From Burkholderiaceae bacterium (lineage in GTDB: Bacteria; Pseudomonadota; Gammaproteobacteria; Burkholderiales; Burkholderiaceae_C), in contig DASYCA010000143.1 of NCBI GenBank assembly GCA_036500445.1, positions 1 to 55,537 of the forward strand: a stretch of 55,537 nt of DNA, given 5' to 3'. The notes under the pieces were generated by a model. That model was not told the DNA's origin. It worked only from the letters and a program-made list of their open reading frames with translations, and did no database searches. Shown piece after piece: positions 17,712 through 27,608 of this stretch; positions within the stretch are counted from its first letter, which is position 1; each line of letters begins with the position of its first letter. A program made the position numbers and the translations under genes.

Positions 17712-18417
17712 GGCAGCGCGATTCGAGGCCGCGCAGGATCACGTCGATCCAGGCCTCGAAGCTGCTCGCGAGCGGCGCATGGTCGCCGCTGGTCCAGCGC
17801 AGCAGGAACGCGCGGTTGCGCAGCGCCGCCGCGTGGGCGGCGAACTGCGGGTAGCGCGCGGCGTCCACGCCGTCGAGCTGGGCACGCACCGCGTCGGGCC
17901 ACGCCGGGTCGGCACCGGCCGGTGCGGTCGAGAGCTCGAGCGTCGCGAAGCCGCACAGCGCGGCGATCACGACATTGAACGCGTCGACCAGCCCGGCGCC
18001 CTCGAAGCCGGCCTCCACCAGCGCGGCCAGCACGTGCTCGACCAGCGGCGCATCGAAGCTGCCGTTGTGCCCGAGCTCGCTCGCGACCGCGGGCGCGAGC
18101 TGCGGGTGGCGCCGAAGCGCGTCGCGAAAGCGCTGCATCAGCGTGCGCAGCCGCCGCTGCCAGGGCCCCGCGGGCAACGCGCGCGCGACCTCGGAGAGCG
18201 CCAGCCCGATCGCCCCGGAGACGAGCGCCGCGCGGTTCGGCACGTGCCAGTAGACGGCGGCCGGCGCGACGCCGAGCGCGGCCGCCAGCTCCCGGATGTT
18301 GAACGCCGCGAGGCCGTTCGCGTCGATCTGCGCGAGCGCCGCCCGCAGGATGCGCTCGGGGTCGAGCGCGCCGGGGGCCTTGGGCGGGCGGCCGGCGCTG
18401 CGTCGGGGCGTGGGCAT
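17653..18417 (-). CDS. TetR-family regulator (TetR_C type)
   Basis: HTH ILRAAL...FNIRELAAALGVAPAAVYWHV; 3' end overlaps the convergent CorA gene. Confidence 0.9.
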   Translation of the reverse strand: MPTPRRSAGRPPKAPGALDPERILRAALAQIDANGLAAFNIRELAAALGVAPAAVYWHVPNRAALVSGAIGLALSEVARALPAGPWQRRLRTLMQRFRDALRRHPQLAPAVASELGHNGSFDAPLVEHVLAALVEAGFEGAGLVDAFNVVIAALCGFATLELSTAPAGADPAWPDAVRAQLDGVDAARYPQFAAHAAALRNRAFLLRWTSGDHAPLASSFEAWIDVILRGLESRCLSRPAASIGAGTRAGRPAR

Positions 18418-18433
18418 GCGGTGATCCTGGCAA

Positions 18434-18489
18434 ATATTGAGCGATGTTCAATTATGCTGGCCGATCGATATTGAACGCCGTACAATTAT
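18434..18489. promoter_or_regulatory. Two TetR operator-like palindromes
   Basis: ATATTGAGCGATGTTCAATTAT (18434-18455) and ATATTGAACGCCGTACAATTAT (18468-18489). Confidence 0.75.
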
Positions 18490-18510
18490 TTGACTCATTA
18501 GGAGCCCGCC

Positions 18511-19431
18511 ATGACCGTCCCCGTTTCTCCCTCTCCCGGCCAGTTCGAAGGCGGCAGCGTCTTCATCGACGGCGCCTATGCGCCGCTGTCCGAGGCCAAG
18601 GTCTCGCTGTTCGACTGGGGCTTCACGCGCTCCGACGTGACCTATGACGTCGTCAGCACGTGGCAGGGCGCGTTCTTCCGGCTCGACGACCACCTCGACC
18701 GTTTCTTCGCGAGCCTGGCCAAGATGCGCCTGCAGATCCCGTACAGCCGCGCCGAGCTGCGCGAGATCCTGCATGGCGTGGTGCGCGGCGGCGGCCTGAA
18801 GGACGCGTACGTCGCGATGCTGTGCACGCGCGGCGTGCCGCCGCGCGGCGCGCGCGACCCGCGCCAGGCGCAGAACCGCTTCTACGCCTACGCGCTGCCG
18901 TTCGTGATGATCGCGCCGCGCGAGAAGCAGCTCGCCGGGATCGACCTGCACGTCAGCGACCGCCAGCGCATCGCGAGCGCGTCGGTCGACCCGACCGTCA
19001 AGAACTACCACTGGATGGATCTGGTGCAGTCGATGTTCGACGCCTACGACCGCGGGCGCGACACCAGCTGCGTCGTCGACGCGCAGGGCAACGTGACCGA
19101 AGGGCCGGGCTTCAACGTGTTCGCGGTGAAGGACGGCGTCGTGCACACCGCCGACCGTGGCGTGCTGGAGGGGATCTCGCGGCGCACGGCGCTAGAGCTG
19201 TGCGAGAAGCTCGGCGTCCCGCTGCGCGTCGCGCCGCTGCCGGTCGCTGCGCTGCGCGGCGCCGACGAGGTGTTTCTCACCTCGACCGGCGGCGGCGTGC
19301 TGCCGATCGCGAAGATCGACGGCCAGCCACTGCCGCAGTTCCCGGGGCCGGTCACGACGCGCCTGTACGACGCGTACTGGGCGCTGCACGACGAGCCGCC
19401 GTATCGGGACGTCGTGAACTACGCCCCCTGA
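18511..19431 (+). CDS. Fold-type IV PLP aminotransferase, probable (R)-selective amine transaminase
   Basis: DWGFTRSDVTYDV, FRLDDHLDRF, YVAMLCTRG, VKNYHWMDL, EGPGFN, LEGISR, STGGG. Confidence 0.85.
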   Translation: MTVPVSPSPGQFEGGSVFIDGAYAPLSEAKVSLFDWGFTRSDVTYDVVSTWQGAFFRLDDHLDRFFASLAKMRLQIPYSRAELREILHGVVRGGGLKDAYVAMLCTRGVPPRGARDPRQAQNRFYAYALPFVMIAPREKQLAGIDLHVSDRQRIASASVDPTVKNYHWMDLVQSMFDAYDRGRDTSCVVDAQGNVTEGPGFNVFAVKDGVVHTADRGVLEGISRRTALELCEKLGVPLRVAPLPVAALRGADEVFLTSTGGGVLPIAKIDGQPLPQFPGPVTTRLYDAYWALHDEPPYRDVVNYAP

Positions 19432-19474
19432 GCGCGCGCTCTTCTCCCTCGCCCCTTTGGGGAGATGGAGCCCG

Positions 19475-20140
19475 TCAGGCGAGTGCGCGAACGGGGCCGC
19501 GCTTACGGGCGGGCTTCGCCACCACCGCCGCCGGCAAGCCCAGCACCTGCGTCACGGTCCAGCGCACCTGCTCCTGCATCGCCGCGATGGCGCCGGCGTC
19601 GCCCGACAAGTGCTTCATCAGGCACTGCTGGAACAGCCCGTCCAGCATCGCGTAGATCACCACCGGCTGCACCTGCAGCGGCCGCCCGGCCAGCTCGGCC
19701 AGGCGCACCATCACGCGCCAGATCATGTGCTCCAGGCTCTTGTCGAGCTCGGCGATATCGGCCCGGAACGCCTGCTCGAACAGGGACTGCGCCCGCAGGT
19801 CGTACCAGAGCCGGTGCATCGGCGCCTCGGTGCGCACGGTGTCGCCGAGGCTGAAGAGAAAGCCGTCCAGCAGCTCGTCGCTCGAGGCGGCCTCCGCGGT
19901 GACGCGGTCGTAGCGCGTCACGCAGCGCGCCTTGTACTGGCGCACGCTGCACAGGATCAGGTCGAGCTTGTCGCTGAAGTAGTAGTGCAGCACGCCGTGC
20001 GAGAACTCGGAGTTCTGTGCGATCTCGCGCAGGCTGGTGCGGGCGTAGCCGAGCTCGGCCAGCGTCAGCAGCGCCGCCTCGCCCAGTTCGGCGCGCCGCT
20101 CGGCGAATTTGTCGACTCGTGCTCTCGGGATTCTGTCCAT
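19475..20140 (-). CDS. TetR-family regulator
   Basis: GYARTSLREIAQNSEFSHGVLHYYFSDK; start at MDRIP. Confidence 0.9.
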   Translation of the reverse strand: MDRIPRARVDKFAERRAELGEAALLTLAELGYARTSLREIAQNSEFSHGVLHYYFSDKLDLILCSVRQYKARCVTRYDRVTAEAASSDELLDGFLFSLGDTVRTEAPMHRLWYDLRAQSLFEQAFRADIAELDKSLEHMIWRVMVRLAELAGRPLQVQPVVIYAMLDGLFQQCLMKHLSGDAGAIAAMQEQVRWTVTQVLGLPAAVVAKPARKRGPVRALA

Positions 20141-20231
20141 GAACGTGGGGTGAACTGCTTCACCAAAGATAGCACGGCACCCGCGCCGCCAGGGCGCCGC
20201 CGGCCGTGAACAGGCCCCGTGAAAACACTCC

Positions 20232-20269
20232 CTTGACACTTGCCCAAGAAAATCTTGACACTCGTCCAG
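20232..20269. promoter_or_regulatory. Tandem operator-like sites each containing TTGACA
   Basis: CTTGACACTTGCCCAAG and CTTGACACTCGTCCAG, 22 bp apart, between the divergent TetR and SDR genes. Confidence 0.65.
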
Positions 20270-20297
20270 CAACATCCCACACCCCAGGAGACGAGAC

Positions 20298-21101
20298 ATG
20301 GCGACATTCGATTTGAAGGGCCGCAAGGCCCTGGTCACCGGCGCCGCACGCGGCATCGGTGCCGGCATCGCGCAGGCCCTGGCGGCCGCCGGCGCTTCGG
20401 TGATGATCGGCGACGTGCTCGCCGAGCTCGGCCGCGAGACCGCGCAGAAAATCGCCGCGACCGGCGCGAAGGCCGGCTTCGTGCCGCTGGACGTCACGCA
20501 GGACGCCGATTGGGCCAGCGCCGTCTCGGCGACCGTGAAAGAACTCGGCGGCTTCGACATCCTCGTCAACAACGCCGGCATCGAGATCACCTCGCTGGTC
20601 GCCGATGTCGATGCCGCCGACCTGCGCAAGATGTTCGACGTCAACGTCGTCGGCACGATGCTCGGCATGAAGCACGCGCTGCGCGCGATGCGGCCGAACG
20701 GCAGCGCCGGCAAGGGCGGCGCGGTCGTCAACATCTCCTCGGTCGCGGCGACGATCGCGTTCCCGGCGATCGCCGGCTACTCGGCGACCAAGTCGGCGGT
20801 CGACCGCGCGACCCGCGTCGCCGCGATGGAATCCGGCAAGCTCGGCTACGGCGTGCGCGTCAACTGCGTCTACCCCGGCCTGGTACCGACCGACATGGGG
20901 ATGAAGCTCGCGAACGACATCGTCAAGGCCGGTCTCGCGGCAAGCGTCGAGGCCGCCGTCGGCGACGTGATCGGGCAGACGCCGCTGGGCCGCCTCGGCG
21001 CGGTCGACGAGATGGCCGACGCGGTCGTGTTCCTGTGCTCCGACGCGGCGAAATTCATCACCGGCGTCGGCCTGCCGGTCGACGGCGGCATGGGCATGTG
21101 A
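20298..21101 (+). CDS. Short-chain dehydrogenase/reductase
   Basis: TGAARGIG, NNAG, YSATK, VDGG. Confidence 0.95.
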   Translation: MATFDLKGRKALVTGAARGIGAGIAQALAAAGASVMIGDVLAELGRETAQKIAATGAKAGFVPLDVTQDADWASAVSATVKELGGFDILVNNAGIEITSLVADVDAADLRKMFDVNVVGTMLGMKHALRAMRPNGSAGKGGAVVNISSVAATIAFPAIAGYSATKSAVDRATRVAAMESGKLGYGVRVNCVYPGLVPTDMGMKLANDIVKAGLAASVEAAVGDVIGQTPLGRLGAVDEMADAVVFLCSDAAKFITGVGLPVDGGMGM

Positions 21102-21148
21102 CCGGCCGGTCTTCCATCGACACCCCCACAACAAAGCGAGACATCACC

Positions 21149-22273
21149 ATGAGCAAGAAACCCGTCGTCGTCTACGGCGCCTCCGGCTACACCGGCCGCC
21201 TCGTCTGCGAATACCTGCGCGAGTACAACATCCCGTTCATCGCGGCCGGCCGCAGCGCCGAGAAGATCCAGGCTGCGATGAAATCCAATGTCGCCGGCAT
21301 CGAGACCGCGAGCTATGAAGTCGTCGAGGTCGCGCACACGACCGAAGCGCTGACCAAGCTGTTCCAGGGCGCCTCGGTCGTGCTGAACACGGTCGGGCCG
21401 TTCGCGAAGTTCGGCCCCGAGGTCGTGCAGGCGTGCCTGGCCGCGAAGTGCCACTACACCGACACGACCGGCGAGCAGGACTGGCTGATCACGCTCGAGC
21501 AGGAGTTCGGCCCGGCCTTCGCGAAGGCCGGCCTGCTGCTCTCGCCGGGCCTGGCGCAGATGTACACGACCGGCGAGATCGCGGCCCAGCTGTGCCTGGA
21601 GCAACCCGGCCTCGACACGCTCGACATCGCGGTGTTCTGGGGCGGCAGCCCGACGATCGCGTCGACGCAGACCATCCTCGTCAATGCCGCGACCTCCAAG
21701 GCCTTCTTCCTGGAGCAGAACCAGTACGTCGAGTGGCCGGCCGACGCGGGCTTGTACAACCTCTCGATCCCGGGCCAGCACGAGGCCGCGCTCGCGCTGC
21801 CCTGGGGCGGCACCTCGCACCCGGTCTGGTTCAAGAAGGACCCGCGCGTCGCGAACGTCAAGGTGCTCGGCGGCGTCTTCAACAAGCCGTTGATGATGGC
21901 GGTGCCGCAGATCGTCGCCGGCGCGCTGAAGGCGACCGAAGGCATGAATGCCGACGACCGCTACGCCGCGCTGTCGAAGACCGCCTCGAGCGTGATGAAC
22001 ACGATGCCGCCGCGCGAGAACCCGCGCATCAACAAGTCGGTCGACTCGGTCCACGCGCAGGGCCCGCTCGGCCGCGCGCATTGCGTGATCTACGGCAACT
22101 GCAACTACAAGCAGACGGGGTTGCTGCAGGCCTTCGCGGCCGCGTCGCTGCTGCAGCAGGCGCCGAAGCGGGTCGGCTTCGCGTCGGGCTGCCAGGCCTT
22201 CGGGCACCACGAGCTGCTCGGCACCTTGAAGGGCTTCGGGCTCGTGCAGGAGCCGGTGCTGACGCGGGCCTGA
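21149..22273 (+). CDS. Saccharopine-dehydrogenase-like NAD(P)-binding oxidoreductase (probably DUF5938 type)
   Basis: VYGASGYTG, NTVGPF, HYTDTTGE; true start MSKKP within ORF 20240..22273. Confidence 0.82.
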   Translation: MSKKPVVVYGASGYTGRLVCEYLREYNIPFIAAGRSAEKIQAAMKSNVAGIETASYEVVEVAHTTEALTKLFQGASVVLNTVGPFAKFGPEVVQACLAAKCHYTDTTGEQDWLITLEQEFGPAFAKAGLLLSPGLAQMYTTGEIAAQLCLEQPGLDTLDIAVFWGGSPTIASTQTILVNAATSKAFFLEQNQYVEWPADAGLYNLSIPGQHEAALALPWGGTSHPVWFKKDPRVANVKVLGGVFNKPLMMAVPQIVAGALKATEGMNADDRYAALSKTASSVMNTMPPRENPRINKSVDSVHAQGPLGRAHCVIYGNCNYKQTGLLQAFAAASLLQQAPKRVGFASGCQAFGHHELLGTLKGFGLVQEPVLTRA

Positions 22274-22276
22274 CCC

Positions 22277-23827
22277 ATGCGCCTCGTCGACTACCTGGAC
22301 AAGGGCGCCCAGCTCGGCGCCGAGGCGCCCTGCCTGACGATGAACGGCACGGACCTCGGCTACGGCGAGGTCCAGCGCATCAGCCACCGCGTCGGCCGCG
22401 GCCTGCAGCGCGCCGGCATCCGGCCCGGTGACAAGGTCGCGGTGCTCTCGAGCAACGACGCGCATGCCTTCGCCTGCGTGTTCGGCATCTCGCGCGCCGG
22501 CGCCGTCTGGTGCCCGGTGAACCCGCGCAACGAGACGAGCGAAAACCGCTTCGTGCTCGACGCGTTCGACTGCGCCGCGCTGATCTTCCACAGCAACTAC
22601 GCACCGATGGTCGAGCAGATGCGCGCCGAGCTGCCCAAGCTGCGCGCGCTCGTCTGCCTCGACCGCAGTTTCCCGTTCGCGCCGATGCTGGCCGAGTGGC
22701 TGGAGGGCGCGAGCGATGCGCCGCTGGCCGTGACGCCGATCGACGACGTCGCGATGATCGCCGGCACCGGCGGCACGACCGGCCGGCCCAAGGGCGTGAT
22801 GCTGACCGGGCGCAACCTGGAGACCATGTCGGCGCTGACCCTGATGGGCTACCCGTTCGACGGCCGCCCCTCGTACCTCGCGCTCGCGCCGCTGACGCAC
22901 GCCGCGGGCGTGCTGTGCCTGCCGGTGATGGCGCTGGGCGGGCGCATCGTGATCATGCCCAGGCCCGACCTGGGCGACTTCCTCGCGCTGATCGAGCGCC
23001 ACCGCATCACCCACACCTTCCTGCCGCCGACCTTGATCTACATGCTGCTGCAGCACGAGCGGCTCGCCGGCACCGACCGCTCGTCGCTGCAGTGCTTCTG
23101 GTACGGCGCCGCGCCGATCGCCGCGGCGCGGCTCGAGGAGGCGCTCGCCAAGATCGGCCCGGTGATGGCGCAGCTCTTCGGCCAGACCGAGGCGCCGATG
23201 ATGATCTCGATGATGGCGCCGCGCGAGCATTTCAACGCCGACGGCAGCGTCGCGCGCCGGCGCCTCAGCAGCGCCGGCCGTCCCGGGCCGCTGGTCCAGG
23301 TCGCGACGATGAACGCGGAGGGCGCGTTGCTGCCGACCGGCGAGACCGGCGAGATCGTCGTGCGCTCGTCGCTCGTGATGGCCGGCTACTACAAGGACGC
23401 CGCGGCCACCGAGGAAGCCTCGCGCTTCGGCTGGCACCACACCGGCGACATCGGCTTTCTCGATGCCGACGGTTTTCTCTTCATCGTCGACCGCGCGAAG
23501 GACATGATCATCACCGGCGGCTTCAACGTCTACTCGGTCGAGGTCGAGGCCGCGCTGATGCAGCACCCCGACGTCCAGGACAGCGCCGTCGTCGGCCTGC
23601 CCGACGACAAATGGGGCGAGCGCGTCGTCGCGGTGCTGCAGGCGCATGCCGGGCGCACACTCGACCCTGCGCAATTGATGGCGTTCGTGAAGGCGCGCCT
23701 GGGCAGCGTGAAGACGCCCAAGCAGATCGAGGTCTGGCCCGAGCTGCCGCGCTCCAAGGTCGGCAAGGTGATGAAGAAGGACGTGCGCGCCACGCTGCTG
23801 AACAAGCTGTTGAACAAGACGAACTGA
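22277..23827 (+). CDS. Acyl-CoA synthetase (AMP-binding)
   Basis: GTGGTTGRPKG, FGQTE, HTGDIG, DRAKDMIITGGFNVY, LPRSKVGK. Confidence 0.93.
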   Translation: MRLVDYLDKGAQLGAEAPCLTMNGTDLGYGEVQRISHRVGRGLQRAGIRPGDKVAVLSSNDAHAFACVFGISRAGAVWCPVNPRNETSENRFVLDAFDCAALIFHSNYAPMVEQMRAELPKLRALVCLDRSFPFAPMLAEWLEGASDAPLAVTPIDDVAMIAGTGGTTGRPKGVMLTGRNLETMSALTLMGYPFDGRPSYLALAPLTHAAGVLCLPVMALGGRIVIMPRPDLGDFLALIERHRITHTFLPPTLIYMLLQHERLAGTDRSSLQCFWYGAAPIAAARLEEALAKIGPVMAQLFGQTEAPMMISMMAPREHFNADGSVARRRLSSAGRPGPLVQVATMNAEGALLPTGETGEIVVRSSLVMAGYYKDAAATEEASRFGWHHTGDIGFLDADGFLFIVDRAKDMIITGGFNVYSVEVEAALMQHPDVQDSAVVGLPDDKWGERVVAVLQAHAGRTLDPAQLMAFVKARLGSVKTPKQIEVWPELPRSKVGKVMKKDVRATLLNKLLNKTN

Positions 23828-23845
23828 AAGCAATCGGACCCCCAC

Positions 23846-25036
23846 ATGAGCTCATCCAAGGTCGTCGTCGCCGGTGTCGGCATGATCCCGTTCGTCAAGC
23901 CGGGCGCGAACGAGCCCTATCCGGCGATGGCCGCGCGCGCCGGCCGCCAGGCGTTGGCCGACGCCGGCCTCGCCTACGACGACATCCAGCAGGCCTATGT
24001 CGGCTACGTCTACGGCGACTCCACCAGCGGCCAGAAGGCGCTGTACGGCCTGGGCATGAGCGGCATCCCGATCGTCAACGTCAACAACAACTGCTCGACC
24101 GGCTCGACCGCCCTGTTCCTGGCCCGCCAGGCGATCGCCAGCGGCGCCGCCGACTGCGTGCTCGCGCTCGGCTTCGAGCAGATGAAGCCCGGCGCGCTCG
24201 GCGTCGTGTTCGACGACCGCCCGAGCCCGTTCGAGGATTTCGACCGCGAGGCCGAGGCGCTGGTCGGCATGCCGGAGCTGCCGCTCGCGCTGCGCTACTT
24301 CGGCGGCGCGGGCCTGGCGCACATGCGCAAGCACGGCACGCCGCTGGAGGCCTTCGCGCAGATCCGCGCCAAGGCGAGCCGGCACGCGGCCCGCAACCCG
24401 CTTGCGCTGCTGCGCAAGGAGCTCACGACCGAGGACGTGATGAACGCCCCGATGCTGTGGCCCGGCGTCCTGACGCGCCTGATGGCCTGCCCGCCGACCT
24501 GCGGCGCGGCCGCGGCGGTGCTGGTCTCCGAGGCCTACGCCAAAAAGCACGGCCTGCGCGCCGAGGTCTCGATCCGGGCCCAGGCGATGACGACCGACCG
24601 CCCCGATTCGTTCGACAGCCACGACATGATGGCCCTGGTCGGCTACGGGATGAGCCAGGCGGCCGCGGCCCAGGTCTACGAGCAGGCCGGCGTCGGCCCG
24701 GCGGACCTGGACGTCGTCGAACTGCACGACTGCTTCGCGCAGAACGAGCTGATCAGCTACGAGGCGCTCGGCCTGTGCCCCATCGGTGACGCCGCGGCCT
24801 TCATCGCGGCCGGCGACAACACCTACGGGGGCCGGGTCGTGACGAACCCGTCCGGCGGCCTGCTGTCCAAGGGGCACCCGCTGGGAGCGACCGGGCTGGC
24901 CCAGTGCTACGAATTGACACATCAGTTGCGCGGCACGGCCGGCGAGCGCCAGGTCGACGGCGCCCGGCTCGCGCTGCAGCACAACCTCGGGCTGGGCGGC
25001 GCCTGCGTCGTCACGCTGTACGAGCGGGCTGATTAA
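23846..25036 (+). CDS. SCP2-type thiolase (lipid-transfer-protein family)
   Basis: NNNCSTG, ELHDCF, GGLLSKGHPLGATG, HNLGLGG. Confidence 0.92.
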   Translation: MSSSKVVVAGVGMIPFVKPGANEPYPAMAARAGRQALADAGLAYDDIQQAYVGYVYGDSTSGQKALYGLGMSGIPIVNVNNNCSTGSTALFLARQAIASGAADCVLALGFEQMKPGALGVVFDDRPSPFEDFDREAEALVGMPELPLALRYFGGAGLAHMRKHGTPLEAFAQIRAKASRHAARNPLALLRKELTTEDVMNAPMLWPGVLTRLMACPPTCGAAAAVLVSEAYAKKHGLRAEVSIRAQAMTTDRPDSFDSHDMMALVGYGMSQAAAAQVYEQAGVGPADLDVVELHDCFAQNELISYEALGLCPIGDAAAFIAAGDNTYGGRVVTNPSGGLLSKGHPLGATGLAQCYELTHQLRGTAGERQVDGARLALQHNLGLGGACVVTLYERAD

Positions 25037-25204
25037 TTCTTCTTTACCGGCCGGATTGCCCGCCGCAGCCGCCGGGAGGTGCAACTTTCGTTGCCCCGGC
25101 CGACTCCATGAATTTCATGCGGGAATATACTCGCCAGCGAGGTTCATCTGAGTCAATCACACGCGGCCGCAGGGCAGCACCAAGGCGAATACAAGGGGTC
25201 AAAG

Positions 25205-26662
25205 ATGGGTGCCAAACTCAGGGTTGCGGGGTGGCTGGCCGTCGGCGCCGTCGCCGGCGCGCTCACCACGATGCAGTTGCAGGCCACCGCCCGCAACGGG
25301 CTGTCGCAATTGCCGCTGGAAGAGCTGCAGCAAATGGCCGCGGTGTTCGGCATGATCAAGAGCGACTACGTCGACCCGGTCGACGAGAAGAAGCTGATCG
25401 GCGACGCGATCGGCGGGATGGTCTCCGGGCTGGACCCGCACTCCCAGTACTTCGACAAGAAGACCTTCAAGGAATTCCGCGAAGCGACCACGGGCCGCTT
25501 CGTCGGCATCGGCATCGAGATGGCGATGGAAGACGGCCTCGTGAAGGTCGTCAGCCCGATCGAAGGCTCGCCGGCGTTCCGCGCCGGCATGAAGAGCGGC
25601 GACCTGATCACGAAGATCGACGACACCGTCGTGAAGGGCCTGACGGTCGACCAGGCCGTCAAGAAGATGCGCGGCGAGCCCAACACCAAGGTCGTGCTGA
25701 TGGTGTTCCGCAAGAGCGAGAGCCGCAGCTTCCCGGTCACGATCGTGCGCGAAGAGATCCGCACCCAGAGCGTGCGCGCCAAGATCATCGAGCCCGGCTA
25801 CGCGTGGCTGCGGGTGAGCCAGTTCCAGGACCGCACGGTCGAGGATTTCTCGAAGAAGCTCGAAGAGATCTACAAGCAGGAGCCGAACCTGAAGGGGCTC
25901 GTGCTGGACCTGCGCAACGACCCGGGCGGCCTGCTCGAGGGCGCAGTCGCGGTCGCGGCGGCCTTCCTACCCGCCGACGATGTCGTCGTCTCGACCAACG
26001 GCCAGATCGCCGACTCGAAGCAGACCTTCAAGGCGAGCCCGTCCGACTACCTGCGCCGCGGCGGCAGCGACCCGCTGAAGCGCCTGCCGGAGGCCGTCAA
26101 GCACGTGCCGCTGATCCTGCTCGTCAACGAAGGCTCGGCCTCGGCCAGCGAGATCGTCGCCGGCGCGCTGCAGGACCACAAGCGTGCGACCTTGATGGGC
26201 GCGCAGACCTTCGGCAAGGGCTCGGTGCAGACGGTGCGCCAGCTCTCGCCCGACACCGCGCTGAAGATCACGACCGCGCGCTACTACACGCCGAGCGGCG
26301 CGTCCATCCAGGCCAAGGGCATCGTGCCCGACGTGATGCTGGACGAAACCGCCGAAGGCAACCTGTTCGCCGCGCTGCGCACCCGCGAGGCCGACCTGGA
26401 CAAGCACATCTCCAGCGGCCAAGGCACCGAGCAGAAGGACGAAGCGCGCGAGAAGGCGCGCGACGAAGCGCGCAAGAAGCTCGAGGACGACACCGCCAAC
26501 GCCAGCGCCAAGCAGGCCGCCAAGGATCTGAAACCGCCGCCGGAGTTCGGAACCGCCGAAGACTTCCAGCTCGCCCAGGCGCTGAACCAGCTCAAGGGCA
26601 AGCCGGTGCTGGTCAGCAAGACCGCGGTCGAGCGCAAGCCCGAAACCGAGACGACGAACTAG
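25205..26662 (+). CDS. ctpA: Carboxy-terminal processing protease (S41, PDZ)
   Basis: LDPHS, GIGI PDZ, DLRNDPGG, SASASEI, TFGKGSVQ, TARYYTPSG. Confidence 0.94.
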   Translation: MGAKLRVAGWLAVGAVAGALTTMQLQATARNGLSQLPLEELQQMAAVFGMIKSDYVDPVDEKKLIGDAIGGMVSGLDPHSQYFDKKTFKEFREATTGRFVGIGIEMAMEDGLVKVVSPIEGSPAFRAGMKSGDLITKIDDTVVKGLTVDQAVKKMRGEPNTKVVLMVFRKSESRSFPVTIVREEIRTQSVRAKIIEPGYAWLRVSQFQDRTVEDFSKKLEEIYKQEPNLKGLVLDLRNDPGGLLEGAVAVAAAFLPADDVVVSTNGQIADSKQTFKASPSDYLRRGGSDPLKRLPEAVKHVPLILLVNEGSASASEIVAGALQDHKRATLMGAQTFGKGSVQTVRQLSPDTALKITTARYYTPSGASIQAKGIVPDVMLDETAEGNLFAALRTREADLDKHISSGQGTEQKDEAREKARDEARKKLEDDTANASAKQAAKDLKPPPEFGTAEDFQLAQALNQLKGKPVLVSKTAVERKPETETTN

Positions 26663-26698
26663 CCTGCGGTGAGCCGGCCCCGTGGCCCCATTCGAACC

Positions 26699-26727
26699 AA
26701 CGCCCGCGCCTGTCGCGGGCGTTTTTT
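26699..26727 (+). terminator. Rho-independent terminator
   Basis: AACGCCCGCG-CCTGT-CGCGGGCGTT followed by a T run. Confidence 0.8.
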
Positions 26728-26739
26728 CAGGCGCCGGCG

Positions 26740-27519
26740 ATGACTGACGACCAGCTGCTGCGCTACTCGCGCCACATCCTGCTCGGCGACCTCGGCATCG
26801 AGGGCCAGCAACGGCTGCTGCGGGCGCACGCGCTCGTGATCGGCGCCGGCGGCCTGGGCTCGCCGGTCGCGCTGTACCTCGCGACGGCCGGCGTCGGCCG
26901 CCTCACGATCGTCGACGGCGACCGGGTCGAGCTGACCAACCTGCAGCGCCAGATCGCGCACACGCTGGCCGGCGTCGGCCAGGCCAAGGCGAGCTCGGCC
27001 GCCGCCGCGATCCACGCGATCAACCCAGACGTGCAGGTGACGGCGTTGCACGAGCGCGCCGATGCGTTGCTCCTGGACGGGCTCGTCGAGGCGGCCGACG
27101 TCGTCGTCGACTGCAGCGACAACTTCGCGACCCGCCAGGCGATCAACGCCGCCTGCGTCGCGCACGCGAAGCCGCTCGTCGCCGGCGCGGCGATCGGTTT
27201 CGACGGGCAGGTCTCCGTCTACGACACCAGAGACGGTGACACCACGGACGACACCCGCCCTTGCTACGCCTGCCTGTTCCCGCCCGACGCCCCGGTCGAG
27301 GAGGTGCTGTGCTCGACGATGGGCGTGTTCGCGCCGCTGGTCGGCATCATCGGCAGCGTGCAGGCGGCCGAGGCCTTGAAGCTCCTCGCCGGCATCGGCC
27401 GATCGCTCGCCGGGCGGCTGCAGATGCTGGACGCGCGGACGATGGAGTGGACCGAGATCGCGATCCGGCGCGCCCCCGGCTGCCCGGTGTGCGGCAACGC
27501 CCGCGCCGCCCGGCACTGA
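26740..27519 (+). CDS. moeB: MoeB/ThiF-family adenylyltransferase
   Basis: RYSRHI, IGAGGLG, TNLQRQ, DCSDNF, CYAC and CPVC Zn motifs. Confidence 0.88.
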   Translation: MTDDQLLRYSRHILLGDLGIEGQQRLLRAHALVIGAGGLGSPVALYLATAGVGRLTIVDGDRVELTNLQRQIAHTLAGVGQAKASSAAAAIHAINPDVQVTALHERADALLLDGLVEAADVVVDCSDNFATRQAINAACVAHAKPLVAGAAIGFDGQVSVYDTRDGDTTDDTRPCYACLFPPDAPVEEVLCSTMGVFAPLVGIIGSVQAAEALKLLAGIGRSLAGRLQMLDARTMEWTEIAIRRAPGCPVCGNARAARH

Positions 27520-27546
27520 CCCCGCCGCCCCCCGCCACTCATTCGG

Positions 27547-27600
27547 GTCATCTACATGACTTGATTCACTTGCATCATCCGGTTGATACAAATGTATACT
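27547..27600. promoter_or_regulatory. AT-rich promoter/operator region of the GntR gene
   Basis: Palindromes GTCAT-CTAC-ATGAC and ATACA-AA-TGTAT; -10-like TATACT at 27595-27600. Confidence 0.5.
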
Positions 27601-27608
27601 TCCGTCTC

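Noticed and set aside
19441-19470. Partial REP-like CTCCCTCGCCCCTTTGGGGAGA
   Set aside because: Truncated single copy; may only be a weak terminator between convergent genes
20240-22273. 677-aa ORF suggesting a fusion
   Set aside because: The N-terminal part is an off-frame overlap of the SDR gene; the real protein starts at 21149
25108-27519. 803-aa ORF joining the ctpA region to moeB
   Set aside because: Off-frame read through ctpA and across a terminator; moeB starts at 26740
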